Origin: Eledone cirrhosa
Lineage: Eukaryota
NCBI GenBank assembly: GCA_964016885.1
Contig: OZ024741.1
Location: forward strand, 360,964,001-361,028,000
Length of the DNA: 64,000 nt
Reading direction: 5' to 3'
The notes beneath the pieces are model-generated. The model saw only the letters and a program-made list of their open reading frames with translations, did no database searches and had not been told where the DNA came from. Shown one piece after another: positions 55,636-64,000 of the stretch. Made by a program: the position numbers and the translations under genes. The stretch's first letter is position 1. Each line of letters starts with the position of its first letter.

Positions 55636-57126
55636 GTGAGTATTTGGCGGTAATTTTCGCCGAATTTCTTCCCCCATTCTGATGTTATGTTAAAATATTC
55701 TTCTTATTCTCTGTCTATGTGCCCAGATTTTATTGATTATTTTCTTCCGTCTCCTTCATGATCAGTTGATTATAATTATAAACGTATAATTTATGTGTAA
55801 GCGTTTTGTTTTATAAATATATTATACGAACCAATAGTAGATAATAATAAAAAAATATTTTTACTTTTTTTTTCTTGTAACTTTGATCGGTGGTACCATT
55901 AATTTCATCGATTATTTATATATGGAAAAAATGATAATATAATATACTGAGTTTTGCTTTATTATAAATATCCAAACTCCGATATTAATCTCCAATTTCC
56001 GGCTAACTACTTTCATTCTTGAGTTTGTATATTACAAATATTGAATATTAATTTTTAAATTTTGTTCCTTCCATTGAGTTATAATACTTAACTTTTTTGT
56101 CCTTGGCTCTCTTTACAAACAAATATTCGAAGAAAATGCAAAATTATTTCAGAAGTGTTTCAACTATCATTTTAGTCTGAGACCAAACGTTTTAATATTT
56201 TACTACTAAGAATATATTGCATGCCTATATATTTTAAAGGGTCCTGTGTAGTGAAGATAAATGAAATGTACTGATATTCATAGTGGTAGACTTAATCCGT
56301 CGCTTGATTTAAAACCACCACCTGGACCCTTCAGAGGAGTCCATTCTGTTGCAAACATTCAAACCAGGTCTCCAGTTTGAGGATACCGTTCCATCAATCT
56401 CGGAGGCCCTGACAAGGGTCATAGACACTGCTTTTTGTCTCCCTGACTAAATAGTAAATATATTGTGAAGAGACTTAACTTAGTTTTCTAATCGAAACCT
56501 GGCCACAATATCGACACCTCTGAAACCTTTAACCACTTTTTCTAACCTGTTCCCTGTCAAGCATTGGGCGGGGTCATTTCTGAGAGAATTTTGATTACTG
56601 AAGGTAAGGTTTCTAATGCGTGCACTCCATTCTTGAAACGAGCCGCATACTAGTCCGGAATTTCGAAGTCGAAGAAGGTATTCCATAACTCTGGATAGGA
56701 GCCTATTTCGTGTACTGGAGGCTGGGGCTCGTGTAAGGCAGCGTTAGCCACTCACTACCTTGTAATATGTTTAGCCTATTATCTCCCCCACCTCGTCCTA
56801 TGCATAAATATTTATTTTACTTACAATATATTATTTTCTTTATTTTCATACGAATTCAAAATTTCCAGAAAAGGTCAGTAAAATAATTTTTTTTAAATAT
56901 TTTTTTTTACACGATTCATTTTTCTTTTTCAATTTCTTTAAAAACAAGACGCGGGGGTGGGGGGTGGGGGGACAATATACACGAACGAAGCTTTACAAGT
57001 TTTAGAAAGAAAAAGCAAGATTTCTGTTGTTCCCCCTCCCAACCTCACATGGCCACTCATACAAATTTCTTCTGACTGACCAAAAACAAAGAAACAAGTA
57101 TTCCAAGAAGACTCAATCTTTGTGTA

Positions 57127-57215
57127 GTCACCATAGCAACAACATGCTCTCACTACCGCTCACATATATATATGTGTGTCACTGATGATAATTTCCTTCG
57201 TGTTGTCATGGTAAC
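57127..57215. promoter_or_regulatory. Pair of RFX X-box motifs in the presumed dpy-30 intron 1
   Basis: GTCACCATAGCAAC (57127-57140) and GTTGTCATGGTAAC (57202-57215) both fit the 14-bp X-box consensus GTNNYYATRGNAAC, in sequence I do not recognise as a repeat. Confidence 0.55.
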
Positions 57216-57881
57216 GGCGTCATTTCAAAATTTTAACACAGTTACCAGCTGAAGTTTTGCGAGATACACAATGCACATTTAGTGCATTCTGCTCAGCTCT
57301 ACTCTATAAATGAATTTCAATTTCGTTTTTAAATCATTTGTGTGACCTTGAAAATTATTTTCCACCCACTAATAAAATTGACTTTTAACATTCATTTTTT
57401 TCTGAAATTGTGCACTAATATTTATATTTTCAAGACCTTTCATAATATTCAATACGTCTATTTGCTCTCTATTCTTCTTACCGTCTCTCCTCTAAAGTTG
57501 TAATTCCTAGGTTTTTACATATTTCTGCATAAGACGGATTTCTCAAATTTTTCTAGTTTTTCTATAGATCCTTTCAGTAATTTCTAAGTTCTTTCAGAGG
57601 TTAGGTGACCAGGCCTGTATCACATACACTAATCTTTACATTGTGAGGGATTGCTTGACCAGTTAACCTTTTTGATACCAGCTCTGGTTCTATGAAACAA
57701 AACCACCCATTTTAAAGGGTTCCTATTTAAATTAAATTCTTCTAACATAGTTTTATGTAAGGACCATATGTTAAGTTAATCTCTTAGTAATGAAATAACT
57801 TATAATTTTAATAAAATTCTCAAAATTCTTCATATATTATTGAAATACAATGTATTTCTCATGAAATATGGTTGCAAAAGG

Positions 57882-58050
57882 ATTAATCAAGCTATCCTTA
57901 ACAGCATAGGGATTAATTGGTCAAGCTGTCTTCAACAATATAGGGATTAATTGGTCAAACTGTCCTTAACAGCAATGATTAATTGGTCAAGTAGTCCCCA
58001 GCATTTTGGTAACCAATTTAGTCAAGTTAAACTCAGCATCTTGGTAACCA
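57882..58050. repeat. Degenerate tandem repeat of about 35 bp (gattaattggtcaagctgtccttaacagcatagg)
   Basis: Three to four recognisable units. Confidence 0.7.
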
Positions 58051-58295
58051 ACTTCATTCACCTTTTGATACCAAACCACCTGAAACTAGCCTTGGTTCTA
58101 CAATACTATTTATTTTAAAGTATATTATCAAAAAAAACAAACTTCCATCATAATTTTATGAAAGAACCTTTATTAAGCTCCACACACCAGCTAATTTTAC
58201 AGAAATCTTGTTTTTTCTAACGAGAAAATTAGTTATATTTCTAAATTCCTCCAATGTTTTGTTTTTTTAAAAATTATTTGCAAATCATAGGCAGT

Positions 58296-58686
58296 CATCA
58301 TCATCATCACCGTTTTACGTCCGTTCTTCCACGCTAGCATGGGTTAGACGGGTTGTCCTGTTGTGAGCAGTGTCCAGTCGGCTGACCTTGTCTTGCTCAT
58401 ACAGGAACTGATTTTGGCTTGATTTCTACAGCTGGATGCCCTTCCTAACACCAACCTCATTTACAGTGAGTGCTGGGTGCTTTTTTCCGTGGCGCCTACA
58501 CGTCCACTTTACAGTGGAATGATAGGGACCTCAGTCCTATCATCTCATTTCTACAGCTGAGTAAACTGGAGCAATGTGAAATAAAGTGTCTTGCTCAAGG
58601 AAACAACACATCACCCGGTCTGAGAATTGAACTCACAACCTTTCGATTGCAAGCCCAATGCTCTAACCACTAAGCCATGTGCCTTT
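58296..58686 (-). mobile_element. Second tRNA-SINE family copy, inverted relative to 61244-61578
   Basis: Reverse complement of the same element. The spurious ORFs 58470-58673 and 61258-61464 are near-identical translations of it. Confidence 0.85.
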
Positions 58687-59052
58687 TATTAAAAATATAT
58701 TAATGAAACAGTTAAGCTAATCCTGCAGCCTTGTAACCAACTAGTTAAGGCATTCCCAACAACTTGTTAACCAAGTGGTAGAAAAAGATTGTTAGGTCTC
58801 TATATTTTGTTTCATTAGATAAGCTCTGCTTCTGTCATCTCTTTATTACTCATATAACTGTGTAAATCAACACTTGTTGTTGCAGTAGTGTCCAAGCTAT
58901 CATCGGACATCCAGCCTTAAAAAAACCAAGTCTAAAATGGAGCATATGAGCAAGACAGTCATCTGACTAATCCGACCTCATAATGTCTAACCTGTACAAG
59001 CATGGAAAATAGATGATAATGTGTATGTGTGGTCATAATTTTTCTTTAATAC

Positions 59053-59460
59053 AACCCTACCCAACAACAAAATACAAGCCTAAACTTGCCAAAACAGACC
59101 AAACAAAATACAGTTACCCAGTTAAACAAATTAAAAGTAAAACCACACAAGGAAAAAAAACCCTTGTACCGAAGACTAGAAGATCGAGGGGGATCTTGAT
59201 ACAATATATATAATTTATCTTTTCATAACCCTACCTAACAACAAAATACAAGCCTAAACTTGCCAAAACAGACCAAACAAAATACAGTTACCCAGTTAAA
59301 CAAATTAAAAGTAAAACCACACAAGGAAAAAAAACCCTTGTACCGAAGACTAGAAGATCGAGGGGGATCTTGATACAATATATATAATTTATCTTTTCAT
59401 AGCCCTACCTAACAACAAAATACAAGCCTAAACTAGCCAAAAATGCATAACACAAAATAC
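59053..59460. repeat. 174-bp tandem duplication, about 2.3 copies
   Basis: Units start at 59053, 59227 and 59401. The first two are nearly identical; a related single copy lies at about 47357-47453. Confidence 0.92.
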
Positions 59461-59839
59461 CATTCCCCACAAACCGGATACTGCTAGGTCACTAAATGGA
59501 ATATGTGTCAGGAATATACTTAGCTATATTTTAGACATACATTTTAATATAGAGTATAAACAAAAGTTGCAGTTGAAGGGAGCAATGTTATGATTGTATG
59601 TGTATATTATAGTATTTATAATTTGTAATTCACTTCAAAGTTAAAATAATGATGTTTGTGCACATGTCACAGCAAAGTTAAAATAACAATTTCAAAGTGA
59701 GCACTTCAAAGTAGGAATAGAAATGTTATAGTGAGCTGATGTTACTAAACTTACAGGATTTAATTAGCCAAGAATACAAAATGTATCTTCACATATCATC
59801 ATCCAGTTTTTGATTATGCAGGACACAATCCCTAAGTAG

Positions 59840-60030
59840 GGGTGGGTCCTGCCTGACAGCGCTCCTTAGCGTCCCGCTTCATGTGTTTCTACCTGCCGGT
59901 CTCACTTGATCCTGACAGCCATCCTCCATCCAAGTCCTTTTTGGTTTTCCTTGGCTTCCTGGATCGACATTCATCACTTTGCTGATCCAGCCCTCACTGC
60001 ACTCGACATGGCTGTACCAGACATGCACTG
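59840..60030 (-). mobile_element. RTE-type LINE 3' fragment
   Basis: WYSHVECSEGWISKV...GKPKRTWME. Confidence 0.7.
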
Positions 60031-60204
60031 ATAAGTTGGAGAAAATATAAACAAAACAAAATGTCTGCTCTATTTTAATCACACTTATCTCATTTTCTAT
60101 CTGACAAAGTGAAGTATGCATTTTTTAAGCACAATGTGGCATCTAATCATATACTGTTTTCAACCTCAAGTGGACATAAAACAGAGTAAAAATTATGTAG
60201 CACA

Positions 60205-60570
60205 TTGCTTACAGTCAGCTCGTAGATTGTTATGATCAGGGATTGAACTACAAAATCATTGCTCAATCCATAGGGATTAATTTGAAGGCTGCAAACAGAA
60301 AAACTTTAGATTAGGTAAATACAAAATCCTTTATCCAGTACATATAATGTGAAAGTTGATGATGAGGGGTGTGCTTATTTGTATGAGGTAATAAATAACA
60401 ATCTCTCAGTCACCTTGTGAAAGATAACTGATGGTATTGAAATTGAATTTGCCATAAAAACCACTTGTGAATGATTATTGCATTTCAAAAATTTAGTGCT
60501 AGTGTTTGAGGATACAAAATCAACCTGATGTGATGGTTGCCAGAGATAAATTTGTTAATTGGTATTTGAA
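60205..60570 (+). pseudogene. Decayed Tc1/IS630-like transposase N-terminus
   Basis: QLVDCYDQGLNYKIIAQSIGINLKAA (HTH-like), KVDDEGCAYLYEVINNNLSVTL and QPDVMVARDKFVNWY resemble IS630/Tc1-type transposases. It has stops and frameshifts and no visible DDE domain. Confidence 0.55.
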
Positions 60571-61243
60571 GATAACTATTTCCTCTGGCAACATTTCACT
60601 TTGAACTGAGATTTCCTTAATTAGAATTACTAATACTGTAGTATTGGCAGCAAATTGGGAGAGTCATTAGAACGTCGGATAGAATGCTTTATGGTATTCA
60701 TTCCGGTTCTCTGCTCTTTGAGTTCAAATTCCGCCAAGATCAACTTTGCCTTTCATCCTTTTGAGGTTGATAAAAAAAGTACTAGTCTAGTACTGGGGAT
60801 CGATCCTTCCTCTCTCTGGAAGAAATCTGCTGTACTTAGGAGAGGGATGGGCTCCTCCAGGCTTAAAAGATACTGAAGAAATGCCTCATGTCAATATGGT
60901 GCCCCTATGATTCTATCAGGAGTTACAGGACCATACCATACTATACCAATACTGTAGTACATAATCTATTGTTTTATGGATGAAGTAATATTTGGTTTCT
61001 TTAAACTTTCACAAAGCTATTTGTGGATTACATACACATTGTGTGTGTGTGTGTGTGTATGTCTGTGTTTACACATACAATGCAAGCTTAACATTTGGTT
61101 CTTTTTGTCTATGTACTGTAACTGTCATCAATCTTTAAGCAAGATATGTTGAACTGTGTAATCATATGATCTTTGTTTATATGGCATATAAACAAATGTC
61201 ACCACTAGCATTATCAAATGGCAAAGAAATATTTACACACATA

Positions 61244-61578
61244 TGGAGGCACATGGCTTAGTGGTTAGAGCATTGGCTTTGCAATCGAAAGGTTGTGAGT
61301 TCAATTCTTAGACCGGGTGATGTGTTGTTTCCTTGAGCAAGACACTTTATTTCACATTGCTCCAGTTTACTCAGCTGTAGAAATGAGATGATAGGACTGG
61401 GGTCCCTATCATTCCACTGCAAAGTGGTCGTGGAGGTGCCACGAAAGAAAAGCACCCAGTACACACTGTAAATGAGGTTGGTGTTAGGAAGGGCATCCAG
61501 CTGTAGAAATCAAGCCAGAATCAGTTCCCGTCCCACCCTTGCAAGCAGGGAAAAGCAGACGTAAAATGATGATGATGA
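61244..61578 (+). mobile_element. Second tRNA-derived SINE family (tRNA head + central domain + RTE-type (GAT)n tail)
   Basis: ggaggcacatggcttagtggttagagc (A box), gagttcaattc (B box), ccttgagcaagacactttatttcacattgctccag, then a 3' part shared with RTE 3' UTRs ending in gatgatgat. Confidence 0.85.
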
Positions 61579-62049
61579 TACATGGCAGACTTTGTACAGT
61601 TACTGTCTACCAATTTCATTTCCATGGTATTGGTTGGCTCAAGGCTATAGTAGTAGACACTTACCCAAGGTGACATGTAATGGGATAGAACCATCAAAAC
61701 CAAGTGGTTGCAGAGTGAAATTCTTAGCTACGCTACGGTGCTGATACTTTAATAGATCTTTAGAATATCTATTTTTCTGTATATACTTCCTTTTCTGTAA
61801 ATTAATTTTATGTAAAATGTGATGATTAAAAATTTGTTTAACCTTTCTGATACCAAACCATCCCTAATTCTATCATATGATAGATAGTGTTCATATTTCT
61901 ATTACAGCATACCACCATAACTGTTTGATAAATTTATGTTAACACTTTAACATTTACATTACTCTATATTTACTATTGTATTTTCTTGGTAAATACTTTA
62001 TTTCACATAATATCGAATCTGAGATTTTGATATTATTTATTTTGAGAAC

Positions 62050-62198
62050 CATGCTTTGAAGCATAGAGTTACGTCCCTTTATGATCTGAGTTCAAATCCT
62101 GCCGAGGTTAGCTTTGCCTTTCATCCTTACGGGGTCGATAAAATAAAGCACCAGTAATGTACTGGGTAATTGCTGGCCTTGTGCCAAAAGTAGAAACA
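62050..62198 (+). mobile_element. 5'-truncated Meta-like SINE nested in a TTAA MITE, with an 18-bp target-site duplication
   Basis: Direct repeat attatttattttgagaac at 62032-62049 and 62199-62216. Confidence 0.9.
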
Positions 62199-62468
62199 AT
62201 TATTTATTTTGAGAACAATACCTTAACATAAGTATGAGCAGCTGGTTTGAACAGAAAGAGGTGAGAGAATTCTGGCCGGATACGGACGATTTAAATGTTC
62301 CAAACATCTGCTTACTACTGGAAAAGTTAGTTATTTTACTAAATCTTGCCAAAGTTTATATTATTTTCAAAATTAATTGAAACATGGACTATATATTTAA
62401 TTAGAAACATGGTATCAAAAGGGTTAACATAAATTTAGTGAGTAAAATTACTCTTCTTATTTTTTCAG

Positions 62469-62614
62469 AAAGTTGTAGGTAATGAAAAAGAGATGGTGGA
62501 ATTACCAGCAAAGCGGCCAAAAGTAGATCTTCAATGTCTACCAACAAGAGCTTATCTTGACCAAACTGTGGTTCCTATTCTACTTCAAGGAATGTCAGCA
62601 TTAGCAAAAGAAAG
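62469..62614 (+). CDS. DPY30: Protein dpy-30 homolog (COMPASS/MLL H3K4 methyltransferase subunit), internal exon carrying the Dpy-30 dimerisation motif
   Basis: Manual translation gives [48 protein letters not shown](R), matching the conserved DPY30 motif [29 protein letters not shown]. It is flanked by a polypyrimidine acceptor (ctcttcttattttttcag) and a donor (ag|gtaatt, phase 2). The last exon (PPNPIEFL...) was not found and is presumably beyond the window. Confidence 0.96.
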
Positions 62615-62940
62615 GTAATTTATATACTACTAAAATTCTGTGATTGTTTGCTTGCTTGTCTGTAATGTAATACAGCCAAAAGGGTGCATAATGGGAAAAT
62701 ACTTTGAAAGGGAGTTGACCCTGAAATACAAATACAAATGGAATAAAGCAAGTTTCACGTAAATCGGTACACGGGTTCCCGAGATATGGGGTTTTTCCGG
62801 GTACCTTCATAAACAAAGAGAGAGAGAAAGAGATAGTGGTTGTGAGAGTGTAGATTGAAAGAGAAACATAGAGGGAGAGGAGATAGAGAAGGAGAATAAA
62901 AGAGAGATGGTGGTTTGGTTGTGTGTGTGTGTATATATAT

Positions 62941-64000
62941 ATCATCATCATCATCATCACCGTTTTACGTCCGTTCTTCCATGCTAGCATGGGTTAGACG
63001 GGTTGTCCTGTTGTGGGCAGTGTCTGGTCGGCTGACCATGCCTTGCTCATACAGGAACTGATTTTGGCTTGGTTTCTACAGCTGGATGCCCTTCCTAACA
63101 CCAACCTCATTTACAGTGAGTGATGGGTCCTTTTTTCCGTGGCGCCTACACGTCCACTTTACAGTGTGAGCTGGGTGCTTTTTTGCCGTGGCACCTCCAC
63201 GACCACTTTGCAGTGGGAAGGTGTGGGAGAATATTGTCTATATGCTTCAGCTTGTACCCATGGGAGGTCAGGTACTCTTTGAGAGGTCCAATTGGGTAAG
63301 GTCGGCCCCTATCACCTCATCCCAGGTCTTCTTGGGTCTCCCCACTCCGCGGCTTCCATTGGCTTCTAGTGCTCTGCACCTTTTTATGCAGCTGTCATCC
63401 TTCATACGCATCACATGTCCATACCAACGCATCCGCCTCTCCTGCACACAGTATTTGATTCCTCTGATGCTCAGTCTCTCTCAATTCATTTATGCTTTGC
63501 CGTTCGCATATATTACTATTACACATATATCGGAGCATGCAGGCTTCGTTTCTTTCTAATCTACGTAAGTCTTCCACCTTCAGCACCCAGGTCTCACTAC
63601 CGTGTAACATTGCTGTTCGGATACATGCATCATACAGTCTGCCTTTCATTTTGAGGGAGAAGCCTTTTGCAGCTAGCAGTGGCAGTAGTTCCCTGAACTT
63701 CTTCCATCCCGTTCTTACTCTAGTTATTGTACTTTCTGAACACCCACCTCCGTTGCTAATTCGGTCACCTAGGTAGCAGAAGCTGTCTACTGTTTCTACA
63801 GAGCCCTCCCAGAGATTGGTGGTACTTGTTTCCTGTGGCTGTTTGCTGCTTGCTGTCCCAGCACAGCTGCTACATGTGAAGCCTACATTCTTAATTAAGC
63901 TTCCTGAGATCCTGCTACATCTCTTGTGTACCCATTGTTTGCATTTGGGGCAGAGAATGGAGTTCCTACCTACACCTTTCCTACATACTGAGCAAGGCCA
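62941..64000 (-). mobile_element. RTE-clade LINE 3' part with PHD finger, running off the window end
   Basis: WPCSVCRKGVGRNSILCPKCKQWVHKRC...FTCSSC, FCYLGD, KGRLYDACIRTAMLHGSETW, then 3' UTR and (CAT)n tail on the plus strand. Confidence 0.93.

Noticed and set aside
61244-61315. tRNA-like sequence with A and B boxes
   Set aside because: It is a SINE head that continues into a SINE body and tail; I see no complete cloverleaf.
62601-62990. 129-aa minus-strand ORF overlapping the dpy-30 exon end
   Set aside because: It is built from an RTE tail, GA/GT microsatellites and a repeat, with no protein-like features.

Overview
This is AT-rich, repeat-dense eukaryotic DNA. The repeat families (tRNA-derived SINEs with a Meta-like core, RTE LINEs with a PHD finger and (GAT)n tails, TTAA MITEs, long AT/GT microsatellites) point to an octopus or another coleoid cephalopod; that assignment is inference. 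Almost all listed ORFs are transposon debris or microsatellite artefacts. Two host genes appear head-to-head about 10.8 kb apart. On the plus strand is dpy-30, with a clear internal exon at 62469-62614 and a probable ATG exon at 55626-55635. On the minus strand is a probable Rab4, seen only as exon 1 (MSETY + G, then GTGAGT, 44817-44832); I found no exon 2, so bases 1-44816 are probably one very long intron. There is no CRISPR array, rRNA or bona fide tRNA gene, and I cannot demonstrate a new biological system. The best leads are: paired RFX X-boxes in dpy-30 intron 1, a dpy-30 reading-frame mismatch that a 5-nt microexon or a shifted acceptor would fix, a frame-preserving 78-nt candidate exon in the Rab4 intron, a perfect 43-bp fold-back with hammerhead-like relics, and inverted SINE/LINE-tail pairs around the dpy-30 exon. 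Repeat boundaries were read by eye and are approximate.
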